A stretch of 52,403 bases of DNA from a virus (Duplodnaviria; Caudoviricetes). The stretch is taken from positions 1 through 52,403 of IMG/VR virus record IMGVR_UViG_3300020161_001350. One strand, 5' to 3'. Position 1 is the stretch's first letter; the number at the start of each line of letters is the position of its first letter. The notes under the pieces were generated by a model. It saw nothing but the letters and a program-made list of their open reading frames with translations. It was not told the DNA's origin and ran no database searches. The position numbers were made by a program, and so were the translations under genes. Below are positions 26,162 to 35,120 of this stretch, piece after piece.

Positions 26162-28692
26162 CCTATTGGCCTTTTAGCTTTAAATGTTTTAATGTTGATA
26201 CCTTTTTGTTTCAATACATTATCATTAAAATCACTCATTGATGTAGCATCTTCACCACCGGCACCAATTGCTTCTTCAAATGGTTTTTTATTTTGTTTTG
26301 TTTTCAATGACGGCCTCTGTGCATTTTCTCCACCTGCCGACATTGATAAACCAGGTTCAATGCCTTTGTCAATTGATTCTTTTACTTTTTCTTTTTGGCG
26401 GGAGCGGATTTGCCCAAGCGTGATTTTTGTGGTTGGGGTTTCTTTGTTGGTGCCTTGGATTTCGGTGCCTGTGCCTTTGGCGTATTCGTTGGCGCTGGTA
26501 AGCTCGGTGTAACCTTCTGAGATAAGTTGTCTGCTCTCTCCTGTGCTACTCTGGTTGATCCGTCTAGCGGATGAGTTTGACTCTCTGATTTGCCAAAAAG
26601 GTTTTTGATTAAGTTCAACATCTTCATTCTCCTCATTTATTTTAATAACATAGCCATTTTTATAAGGCATGACTGTACCATTACTTGTATGTGCTTCTCT
26701 TGCAGCTGCAGCACGAAGCATAAATGTTCTTACTTTACCACTTTTATCTTTTAGAAGTTTAATTTCTTTTTTCTTTTCTTCTTCTAATTCAATCTCATCG
26801 ATTCGTGTACCAAGCAATAAGAGGTTTAATGATGAAGAATCGGACAACTGATATGATTCTGATAATTTACCTTTGCCAAAGTTAGATACATTAATTGGTG
26901 CACCTTTACGCTCTGGATCTGGATCATGTCGGCGTTTGGCAGAAACAGCAGATGCTCGTTCTTTCTTACTCAACTTAGCACGCTTTTCATTCGACATACA
27001 TTTTGGTTTTGCTTCGCCTGGTTCACGAGCACATGGACCAATTGCTTCGCCTTTGCTGTTGATTCTTTTCCATCCACCTTTTGGATGTTTTGGATCAAAC
27101 CATTGGCGCAAATCTTCGGTGAATACTTCTTCAAATTCTTCATTGACACCTTTCTTTGGTGCACCAGAAGAACTCGATACAGGAATATTTGGTTGCTGTG
27201 GTTCTTCTCTCTGTACCTCAACAAGTTTATCATGGATAGAACGATATGTAACTTTACCATTTTTACCGTAGCGGCCAAATCCATAATAAGTTAATCCTAA
27301 TTTTCTAGCTTCTTCAGCAGCTCCAGAACCTGGATGTGGTGGCATTTCAGCACCTTCTTTTGGTACAGGCAATTTATCTGACAAATCTAATTCATGTGCA
27401 ACCCATAAAGATGCCGCTTCTGATTTTGGTGGATCTGCTACGAATTGTTGGATATTTTTAAACAACTCTGTCATTTCATCTTTTTTAGCTTTAACAACAT
27501 CCGGTGCGGCCGCTCTTAAATCTTCTGAGTTATCAAATTCAACATAACGGTCACCAAACATTTTTGCTAATTCTGGTCTTGCGTTCTGAACTGCTTCCCA
27601 TTTTTGACGGCGAATATCTTCTGGTACTGTTCTACCGCCACGTTGTCCTCTTTCAACATTTCTTTGTGCTGATACTTCATCATTTGTATTCACCATAATC
27701 ATTGAAGTATCGTAACCAATTTCTTCTAAGCGGTCTTTAATGCGACCAATCTTTTCATGGTCATCACCTGTGCCGTTAATGATAAGACCATTACGACCCA
27801 TCAATGCTAAACGCTGACGCAACTCAGTCATATTTTTGGCTTTACCACGAACAACATCACGCTTTTCTTTTTCAGCTTCAGGCATTGTTTTGTCAAGACC
27901 TTCTTTGTCCATCAAAAACTCTAAAGCTTTATCTGAATTGATTTCTGTAAGACCGTGACCATCGAGTGTGTTGCTAAGAACATAATCTTTACCAGAACCA
28001 GGACCACCTGCTAAAAAAACTGCTTTGAAAATAGCCTTATCATGCACACCTTCAATAAGCAATTCTTGAAAATCTTCGTTTACATCTTCGTTCATTCCCA
28101 TGCCTTTGCGAACATGGTTAAACATTTCTTTTGCGTGAGCATCAGTCATCGCTGAAGGAACACCTTTGCGAAATTCTTTGTAATTGCCATTTGAAGCATG
28201 CTCACGCATTTTGCTTGCTGACATACCTTCTACACCTTCGGCATCTGGATCACGCTCACCGGCAGAATGAACTTCAATGTGTTTAAAGTTATAAGAACCA
28301 TGTGGTCCTTTTACGCCATTATATTTGTGTAGAAGTTTATGATATTCATCGGCACGGTCTGAGCCGCCAACCATGTGGAAATGTGTTACACCTTGTTTGT
28401 GTAACTTTGCGGCTTGTGCTAAGAAATTTGGTGCAGATGCGTCAGATGAAGATACATTGACGCCAGGAAAAGCACGCTTAGCATGCTTGAGTTTTTGTGC
28501 GGGAGAAAGAGGATTTTTCTTTGGATCTTGTGAGTGCGAAACAACGATATGTGCAGAACCACCAACTTTTTTGGCAATTTCTTGTACTTTATTGACAAGT
28601 TTTTCATGGCCAACTGTAATTGGGTTCATACGCCCAAAGGCCATTACTGCATGTTTTTCTTTCTGCTCTAGCAGAAAATCGCTAAATTTCAT
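26158..28692 (-). CDS. multidomain protein: HxGH nucleotidyltransferase + zeta-toxin-like P-loop kinase + small basic domains
   Basis: FGRMNPITVGH, VGGSDR, SAGERDPD, MSASKMR; FLAGGPGSGK, INSD, IINGTG, RN..R. Confidence 0.88.
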   Translation of the reverse strand: MKFSDFLLEQKEKHAVMAFGRMNPITVGHEKLVNKVQEIAKKVGGSAHIVVSHSQDPKKNPLSPAQKLKHAKRAFPGVNVSSSDASAPNFLAQAAKLHKQGVTHFHMVGGSDRADEYHKLLHKYNGVKGPHGSYNFKHIEVHSAGERDPDAEGVEGMSASKMREHASNGNYKEFRKGVPSAMTDAHAKEMFNHVRKGMGMNEDVNEDFQELLIEGVHDKAIFKAVFLAGGPGSGKDYVLSNTLDGHGLTEINSDKALEFLMDKEGLDKTMPEAEKEKRDVVRGKAKNMTELRQRLALMGRNGLIINGTGDDHEKIGRIKDRLEEIGYDTSMIMVNTNDEVSAQRNVERGQRGGRTVPEDIRRQKWEAVQNARPELAKMFGDRYVEFDNSEDLRAAAPDVVKAKKDEMTELFKNIQQFVADPPKSEAASLWVAHELDLSDKLPVPKEGAEMPPHPGSGAAEEARKLGLTYYGFGRYGKNGKVTYRSIHDKLVEVQREEPQQPNIPVSSSSGAPKKGVNEEFEEVFTEDLRQWFDPKHPKGGWKRINSKGEAIGPCAREPGEAKPKCMSNEKRAKLSKKERASAVSAKRRHDPDPERKGAPINVSNFGKGKLSESYQLSDSSSLNLLLLGTRIDEIELEEEKKKEIKLLKDKSGKVRTFMLRAAAAREAHTSNGTVMPYKNGYVIKINEENEDVELNQKPFWQIRESNSSARRINQSSTGESRQLISEGYTELTSANEYAKGTGTEIQGTNKETPTTKITLGQIRSRQKEKVKESIDKGIEPGLSMSAGGENAQRPSLKTKQNKKPFEEAIGAGGEDATSMSDFNDNVLKQKGINIKTFKAKRPIG
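26382..26621 (-). CDS. putative nested out-of-frame gene (79 aa, K/P/A-rich)
   Basis: GAGGAG 7 nt upstream of the ATG; MLNLIKNLFGK amphipathic start. Confidence 0.5.
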   Translation of the reverse strand: MLNLIKNLFGKSESQTHPLDGSTRVAQERADNLSQKVTPSLPAPTNTPKAQAPKSKAPTKKPQPQKSRLGKSAPAKKKK

Positions 28693-28727
28693 ATCTCTCC
28701 CGCCTCTACAGCGTTACATTGATATGC

Positions 28728-28735
28728 TATTTATA
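28728..28735 (-). promoter_or_regulatory. T4-type late promoter TATAAATA
   Basis: Perfect consensus, intergenic, upstream of the 844-aa gene. Confidence 0.75.
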
Positions 28736-28739
28736 CGGT

Positions 28740-29447
28740 TTAATCTGTTCTAAATGTAACAAAACCACCATGCATTTTAGGAACCGAGTCTGGTTGCATG
28801 ACTGTTCTTGACATTCCTATCTCCATAGGAATCTTTTCGCCAATATTGCCTTTATCAAAAACAACGATAGAATCGTAAACAGACATGCACTTAACATTAC
28901 GAGTGAAATAATCAGGCTCTTTCTGACCCCTAGCATGATCTGCATTAATACTATCGATCATTCCCTTTGCGACATTATTAATTGATTCCGGTTCTTTAAT
29001 ACTTCCACCATGAGAATCCCAATATGCTGCATGAGTATCTTCAATAAAATAGATGCCGTTGTCTGCCATTTTTGGAAATAAAAATTGAAAGGTTTTATTT
29101 ACATGAGCAACATGATGTGATCCATCATCAATAATCAAATCAAACTCACCAAATTCTTCAATTAAACTTTGTAAAAATTTCTCATCTGTTTGATCGCCAA
29201 TACGAATATTGATACGTTCTTGTTCGTGTTGTTTACATAATGGATTAATATCTATACCAACAATTATGGCTTCTGGAAAATAATAACGCCACATTTCTAA
29301 AGATCCTCCGTTTAAAATACCAATTTCTAATATCTTAATTGATTTATTACGGATTGGAGAAAAATGCTTCTCGTAAATTGGAAAATAATGTTTCCATTTT
29401 GTAATTTTTTTGCCTTTATTTGTTGTAAAATAATTCCACAATTCCAT
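28740..29447 (-). CDS. class I SAM-dependent sugar O-methyltransferase (MycE/TylE-like)
   Basis: KW.HY...Y, LEIGI..GGSL.MW, GIDI, GDQ, IIDDGSH, YFIED. Confidence 0.85.
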   Translation of the reverse strand: MELWNYFTTNKGKKITKWKHYFPIYEKHFSPIRNKSIKILEIGILNGGSLEMWRYYFPEAIIVGIDINPLCKQHEQERINIRIGDQTDEKFLQSLIEEFGEFDLIIDDGSHHVAHVNKTFQFLFPKMADNGIYFIEDTHAAYWDSHGGSIKEPESINNVAKGMIDSINADHARGQKEPDYFTRNVKCMSVYDSIVVFDKGNIGEKIPMEIGMSRTVMQPDSVPKMHGGFVTFRTD

Positions 29448-30157
29448 TAATATCTCTCCTTTTCATATGTACCAGCAATAATGCCAAAACATTTTATTCT
29501 ATCAAATTCAACAATATGTTTTTTGTCTAAACACAAATAATGAGCATGTTCTGTATCAATGCCATGTGACATAACATTACTTATCATTGGTCCTATTGTT
29601 TGTAAATAATTATCCAACAAAGATGGACAAAAAGAATACATCCGTGTGATGTACAGATGGTCCGTAATAGTTCTTTTTCTTTCTTCTGGCATCCATGATG
29701 GTAGTGATTTTTTAAAAACATATTTTCCAAATTTGTTATTATATTCAGTAATATCAAAATCATCTTCTAATAATGATCTTGCAGAAAACTTAAATATTCT
29801 TTTAACTCCGTGTAAAAAACCCATCAATTCAGGATTGTTTTTGAATTGTATAAGTGTGTTTAGTAACAATAAAAGTTCGGCTTCATTTTTTCTGCCGGCC
29901 AAAGCAAAAGATTTAATTTCTGGATGGCTGCTAAACCAAAGAGCTTCGCAATATTTATTGATCAGTTCTTTCGTTTCTTTTGGTACATTTTCTGGTGAAC
30001 CGTCAACAAAAAGAACAGCTGCATCGGGAACTTTATCTCTAAGATTATCCAATGTTGCAATAGTTTGTTCCAATCGTTCTTTTTCTCCAATAGTGCCAAT
30101 TTTAGCATTTAAAGCTGAAGTGATAATGAATAAATTTCTGGTTGGTATTATTGTCAT
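29447..30157 (-). CDS. putative glycosyltransferase-like protein (paralog B)
   Basis: IITSA, R..QT..T, VDGS, IFKFSARS, DTEH; paralog of 30937-31650. Confidence 0.6.
   Translation of the reverse strand: MTIIPTRNLFIITSALNAKIGTIGEKERLEQTIATLDNLRDKVPDAAVLFVDGSPENVPKETKELINKYCEALWFSSHPEIKSFALAGRKNEAELLLLLNTLIQFKNNPELMGFLHGVKRIFKFSARSLLEDDFDITEYNNKFGKYVFKKSLPSWMPEERKRTITDHLYITRMYSFCPSLLDNYLQTIGPMISNVMSHGIDTEHAHYLCLDKKHIVEFDRIKCFGIIAGTYEKERY
29488..29530. repeat. 43-bp exact direct repeat, copy 1 (copy 2 at 30978-31020)
   Basis: aacattttattctatcaaattcaacaatatgttttttgtctaa in both paralogs, offset 1490. Confidence 0.9.
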
Positions 30158-30158
30158 T

Positions 30159-30935
30159 TTATATACGATAAACTTCACTAGAGGTTTCAGAATTTGCTCT
30201 TTTTTTAATTAACTCTATTATTTTTGAGTCGTTGATTTGCTCCTTGTGTGGAGCAAAAAGAGCTCTATCGTGTTTTTCAGCTTCTTCTCTTGGAGAAGAA
30301 ACATAGTATATTGCTAAAGATTTTCTATATATTCCTTCAGGACAATTAATTGAATCAGGAAGACCATGCCAAGAATTTTGAGTGGTATCAAAAATTACAG
30401 CTCGGTTAAATTCATTTGAAATTCGTTTAATACAATTTTTTGGTAATTTTTTTTCTTCATCGTTTGACCAAAATTCTAATCCTCCACCCCATTCATTTTG
30501 CCAGTTGGGGGTCATATACATAATAATATTAATTCTTCTCTCCATTTTTAACTTTGGATGAATTGAATAATCTTTGTGTATATTTAATTTACCATTTCGG
30601 CCGTGCATATGCCATCCTCCGCCATGTAAACCATAATCAGCAATTAGATTATTGATTCCTGTAATTTTTTTAATTTTTTCTAAAAATACATCGCTATTCA
30701 TTAGAGAAAAAATTTGATAAGTTGTTTTTGGAAATAAATTCCAGTTAGAAGAAGCTCTTTTGTTTTCAATTGGGTTATCATAAATCGACCAAAGGGCATC
30801 ATCATAATCAGGAAATTCCAAAGCTAATTTTAAAGCAATCTCTTTTTCAAAAAAATTATCAATTATACAATGTGAAAATGGTTCTGAATTTTTAAATGTT
30901 TTTTGTAAATTTTCATAATCAAATTCATTGATCAT
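30159..30935 (-). CDS. 2OG-Fe(II) oxygenase (prolyl-hydroxylase-like)
   Basis: PF.H..IDNF, GGG.H, IHKD, WGG.LE.W, FNRAVIF, SWHG, RKSLA.YY. Confidence 0.88.
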   Translation of the reverse strand: MINEFDYENLQKTFKNSEPFSHCIIDNFFEKEIALKLALEFPDYDDALWSIYDNPIENKRASSNWNLFPKTTYQIFSLMNSDVFLEKIKKITGINNLIADYGLHGGGWHMHGRNGKLNIHKDYSIHPKLKMERRINIIMYMTPNWQNEWGGGLEFWSNDEEKKLPKNCIKRISNEFNRAVIFDTTQNSWHGLPDSINCPEGIYRKSLAIYYVSSPREEAEKHDRALFAPHKEQINDSKIIELIKKRANSETSSEVYRI

Positions 30936-30936
30936 T

Positions 30937-31650
30937 TTAATATCTCTCCAATTGACCAGAATTTGAAACAATTCCAGAACATTTTATTCTATCAAATTCA
31001 ACAATATGTTTTTTGTCTAAGCAAAGATGATGAGCATGTTCAAAATCGATTCCGTATTTTACAACACTATTTAACATTGGTTCAATTAATTGTAAATAAT
31101 TATCTAACAAAGATGGACAAAAAGAATACATTCTTGTAATATAGAGGCAATCAGTTATATGTTTTTTTCTTTCTTCTGGCATCCATGATGGCAAAGGTTT
31201 TTTAAACACATATTTACCAAAAAGACCATTATATTCATCAACATCAAAATCATCTTCTAAAAAACTTCTTGCTGAAAATTTAAAAATTCTCTTAACTTCA
31301 TATAAAAACTTCATAAATTCAACATTTTGTTTAAATAAACAAAAAACATTAAATAACAAACAAAATTCAGCTTCACTTTGACGGCCAACCGAAGACATTG
31401 CATTTATATCTGGATGTTGACCAAACCAAATACATTGGCAGTATTGACTAATTATTTTTTTAGTTTCTTCTGGTATTGGATCAGGAGAACCATCCACAAG
31501 AAGTAAAACTGCATTAGGTACCTTTTGTTTTAAATTAAGTAATGATTCGACCGTTTGTTTTAATCTTTGATTACTGTTAACGACTCCTCTTTTTGAATTT
31601 AAAGCAGATGTTACAATAAACAAATTTTTATCAGGAATTATTGATGCCAT
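30937..31650 (-). CDS. putative glycosyltransferase-like protein (paralog A)
   Basis: Same motifs as 29447-30157. Confidence 0.6.
   Translation of the reverse strand: MASIIPDKNLFIVTSALNSKRGVVNSNQRLKQTVESLLNLKQKVPNAVLLLVDGSPDPIPEETKKIISQYCQCIWFGQHPDINAMSSVGRQSEAEFCLLFNVFCLFKQNVEFMKFLYEVKRIFKFSARSFLEDDFDVDEYNGLFGKYVFKKPLPSWMPEERKKHITDCLYITRMYSFCPSLLDNYLQLIEPMLNSVVKYGIDFEHAHHLCLDKKHIVEFDRIKCSGIVSNSGQLERY
30978..31020. repeat. 43-bp exact direct repeat, copy 2
   Basis: Identical to 29488-29530. Confidence 0.9.
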
Positions 31651-32306
31651 TCTATATCCGGAAAAAGTTTAATTGTTTTATATTCTACATTTTGCTGACT
31701 ATCACAAATAAATGCAATAAGTTTAGCAATTTCTTTTGGATCTAAAAGTTTTGTCAAATCATCGTGAAAATCAGAACCACTCCATAATGAAGTATTAATA
31801 CCTCCAGGATGAATACTCGTAACTTTTATTTTTCTTTTCTGTAATTCTTTACTTAACACACCAGCAAATCCTGTAAGGCCATGCTTTGAAGCACAGTAAA
31901 TAGATTGATTTTCTAATTCTTCTAAACCTGCTACAGAATTGATAAAGATTATCCTACTTGGTTCTTTCATTAAAGGCAATAGATATTTGGTAACATAAAT
32001 TGATCCTTTCAAATTGGTATCAATAATTCTATCGATTACATTTAATTCTGTATTCTCAAAATCAATATATTCAAAGTCAGCTGAGTTATTAATTAATAAA
32101 TCAATTTCATCTTTAACGTCATACTGAACCAATACTTTAATTAAATCAGCGTTAGTAATATCACATTCTAAATGACGATAGTAATGATGTTTAATAACTG
32201 AAGGAGTTCTAGACATACCATAAACTTTCCAACCAATTTCGATTAGATGTTTTGCGATTTCTAGGCCTACACCACTCGTTGTTCCAGTTATAAATGCTGT
32301 TTTCAT
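31638..32306 (-). CDS. short-chain dehydrogenase/reductase
   Basis: TGTTSGVG, LINNSA, NSVAG, YCASK. Confidence 0.93.
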   Translation of the reverse strand: MKTAFITGTTSGVGLEIAKHLIEIGWKVYGMSRTPSVIKHHYYRHLECDITNADLIKVLVQYDVKDEIDLLINNSADFEYIDFENTELNVIDRIIDTNLKGSIYVTKYLLPLMKEPSRIIFINSVAGLEELENQSIYCASKHGLTGFAGVLSKELQKRKIKVTSIHPGGINTSLWSGSDFHDDLTKLLDPKEIAKLIAFICDSQQNVEYKTIKLFPDIEWHQ

Positions 32307-33436
32307 AATTCTTCAAAAATTGCTATTGCTTTTTCTATATCTTTGTCAGTCAAATCGTTTATAAATTTATAATTGCCAATATCAATCGGTATAGGAATAT
32401 ATTGATTACCGTTGCGATGCTTCATTGTATCAGATAATGACTTTTTAAGCAAGTCTATATTGGTAAAATCGTTATGAAAAGTAGGTAATCTTAACTTTCC
32501 TGCAACATTGAAAATGCGCTTGGCGATTTCTCTATTGATATGCCCACGGCTATATGAAATACAAGCAGAAAATAAACAATCTAGTACAACCGCTTCACCG
32601 TGTAATAAGTTTGGTATATTTGCCATTTCTATAATTGGACTAAAAGTGTGGCCATAATCTACACAGCGGTTTAACTTTTTCTCCCATAGATTTGGTGCCA
32701 ACTCATCGATCATATCAGAAATGGCAAGATTAATAACACGAACAGGAACAGCACCAAACTGAAACTTCTCATTGATAAGTTGATCATAATTTTCTTCCAA
32801 TAACACAAATAATTCTTTAGATTTGATAACTGCAAGTTTAAAAATTTCTGCAATGCCGTTTATGATTTCTCTTTCGTCTTGCGTTTTAATAAACTTTTTA
32901 TCTATGAGAGTTGCAATTGGTGGATAATAAGCACCAATACGATTACGCCTTTCAAAATGATTCGCAGCTACTTTTACACCAACTGAGGCATCTACAATTG
33001 CTAAAAGAGTTGTTGGCACTTTGATATATGGAATGCCACGGCGATAGATACTGCAACAAAAACCAACCAAATCAAGTAAGACACCGCCACCAATTACAAT
33101 TACTGGCTCTCGGCGTAAAACGCCCTCATTTTCAAAAAATCGTAATATTTCATTGGTGTGTTGCCAATCTTTATTGGCTTCAGTTGCATCAATGATGTAT
33201 AAACGACAATCAATTTTTAAAGTTTTAAAGTAGTTCGATATTTTTTCACAATATAATTTATATACATTCTTATCTACAACAACAATTCTACGATCACCTG
33301 TTCCATAGGATATCAAATCGTGATTGGCCGGATCAAATACATTGTTTGAATAATGTATTGTAAAAGATACAGGCAAAGTAGCATTAACTTGCCATGTTCT
33401 CTTTGAATTATTAAAATCAATTAACAAATCGTTCAT
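32303..33436 (-). CDS. sedoheptulose 7-phosphate cyclase, 2-epi-5-epi-valiolone synthase (EEVS)-type
   Basis: GGGVLLD, YRRG, VPTTL...VDASVG.K, MIDELAPNLWE, VDYGHTFSP, LLHGEAV, KHRNG. Confidence 0.85.
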   Translation of the reverse strand: MNDLLIDFNNSKRTWQVNATLPVSFTIHYSNNVFDPANHDLISYGTGDRRIVVVDKNVYKLYCEKISNYFKTLKIDCRLYIIDATEANKDWQHTNEILRFFENEGVLRREPVIVIGGGVLLDLVGFCCSIYRRGIPYIKVPTTLLAIVDASVGVKVAANHFERRNRIGAYYPPIATLIDKKFIKTQDEREIINGIAEIFKLAVIKSKELFVLLEENYDQLINEKFQFGAVPVRVINLAISDMIDELAPNLWEKKLNRCVDYGHTFSPIIEMANIPNLLHGEAVVLDCLFSACISYSRGHINREIAKRIFNVAGKLRLPTFHNDFTNIDLLKKSLSDTMKHRNGNQYIPIPIDIGNYKFINDLTDKDIEKAIAIFEEL

Positions 33437-34407
33437 ATAAAAATCTTACTGAATAGTTTACAGGCATGAAGATAGAAATACTTAGCGTGGTCGTAATTAC
33501 CAGCTGCACACTTGAATGGCAACATACGAATAAATTGTGTTGCTTCTAAAACATCTACAATTTTCTTTGTTCTTGATTCCACCAATTCAGAAGTAAATAA
33601 CTCATTGAACTGTCTAAAATTATCTGATGGTTGAATATCATTACACCAAACTTTGGAATCTTCTACATTGATTGGTTGATTATTGAAGTGTTCGTATAAG
33701 CTGTGTGAACTTTGTAACACCATCGAATAATCTAAAAATCTACTGTCAATGATACTTTCTTCATATGGGTCAACAAACACAACCATATCGTCAACAAAAG
33801 AATATAATGTATTTTCTAATGTTGGATTGCCATGAATACATTCTTCGTTGATCAAATTCATTTCTGTAAAAAAGTTTCTCAATTCATCCATAAAATTGGT
33901 AATGCCATGAACAATTTCACCATTTAATTCATATGTTCCATGAGAATAGAATTTATTAAACTCATCGAACTTATTTGCATCGATAAGTTTTTGTTGAATT
34001 TCTTCTTTGAAATAAAGTAAAGCTGCACCAGAATTTGGCACATAATCAATACGATGCAATTCTTTGAAAGCATTCCATAAAGCATGGTTAATTTTCTTTA
34101 ACTCATGTTCAGACAAATCACGACCAGAAAGAATGGTGTATAAGTCAGAATAACCATCCATGTATTGTAAATCAAAATATGCATCTTCTTTTTCATAAGA
34201 TACATTTAATACTTTAGGAAACAACCTAGGAAATTCTGTGTTATATCGTTGGAGTTTTTTTAATTGAGAGTACCAGCGAACATAACCATATTCTCTGTTC
34301 TCTGTTAGAGATACAGTTTTTCGTATAAATTTCTTATTGTCCTGTTCAATTAAGTATGTCGAACTTAATGAACCGCCTTTTAGTTTTGTCTGCCTACTAT
34401 TGACCAT
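33433..34407 (-). CDS. APH/choline-kinase-like phosphotransferase
   Basis: LKGGS, F.RK, HGNPTLEN catalytic loop, FVDP. Confidence 0.7.
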   Translation of the reverse strand: MVNSRQTKLKGGSLSSTYLIEQDNKKFIRKTVSLTENREYGYVRWYSQLKKLQRYNTEFPRLFPKVLNVSYEKEDAYFDLQYMDGYSDLYTILSGRDLSEHELKKINHALWNAFKELHRIDYVPNSGAALLYFKEEIQQKLIDANKFDEFNKFYSHGTYELNGEIVHGITNFMDELRNFFTEMNLINEECIHGNPTLENTLYSFVDDMVVFVDPYEESIIDSRFLDYSMVLQSSHSLYEHFNNQPINVEDSKVWCNDIQPSDNFRQFNELFTSELVESRTKKIVDVLEATQFIRMLPFKCAAGNYDHAKYFYLHACKLFSKIFI

Positions 34408-35120
34408 TTTGCTATTTCTAATCCATATTCTTGTGGTGAACCAAGAACAATAGTTTCTTCTCGGTTGTTCAATTCATTTGTTACAATAAGTTTTCTATCA
34501 TTCAACATGAGAGCTAAAACATCGGCAATATACATCTCTGATTTGGTAAAATCTTTTTGTAATTTGTTAAAGTATTCTTGGTATAGTTCAGCCGTCTTAA
34601 AACAATACAAACCAGAACTTGCAAAAGGAGAAATAGGATTCTTTTCTACAATTTCTATGACCCTATCTCCCTCTTTCTTTACATATGAATACTTAGGATT
34701 ATTTGCAACAAATACATCTACAAAAGCATCCGCTGTTTTTAACATTTCTATAATGTGATTAAAATTTCTAAATGTTAAATGTGTATCTGCATTATGAACA
34801 AAAATTGGTTCATTACTTTTTGCAATAGTAGAACCAATGTATGCAGTATGCGCCTGACCGTTTGTATCTCCAATATAGTGAATATTAGTTTCATCTAAAC
34901 CAATATGTTTAATTGCATCAACTAAACTTTTTCTAAAATATAAGTCCCTTTTGTTTGCTAACAATATTATATTTGCAAATTTATGTCTTGTTTGAAATTC
35001 ATTAATAATTGAATGAATGATGCAGCTGCCACGCCAAGGTAACAAATACTTTGGCATATCAAAACCAACATCATGGAATCTGGTGTTTAGACCAGCCATG
35101 CAAATAATTAACGAGCCCAT
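34380..35120 (-). CDS. sugar-phosphate nucleotidyltransferase (NTP_transferase family)
   Basis: MAG..TRF...G...PKYLL, TNGQA.T, HNAD, YSYV, IVEK..IS..A.SGLY.F, LGSP.EY. Confidence 0.85.
   Translation of the reverse strand: MGSLIICMAGLNTRFHDVGFDMPKYLLPWRGSCIIHSIINEFQTRHKFANIILLANKRDLYFRKSLVDAIKHIGLDETNIHYIGDTNGQAHTAYIGSTIAKSNEPIFVHNADTHLTFRNFNHIIEMLKTADAFVDVFVANNPKYSYVKKEGDRVIEIVEKNPISPFASSGLYCFKTAELYQEYFNKLQKDFTKSEMYIADVLALMLNDRKLIVTNELNNREETIVLGSPQEYGLEIAKWSIVGRQN

Noticed and set aside
26158-28692. Zeta/epsilon toxin-antitoxin system
   Set aside because: The kinase is an internal domain of a late protein, and no epsilon-like gene is adjacent.
32303-33436. Calling the cyclase aroB (shikimate pathway)
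   Set aside because: It lacks the DHQS LNxGHTxGH pattern, has EEVS-type motifs, and no other shikimate genes are nearby.
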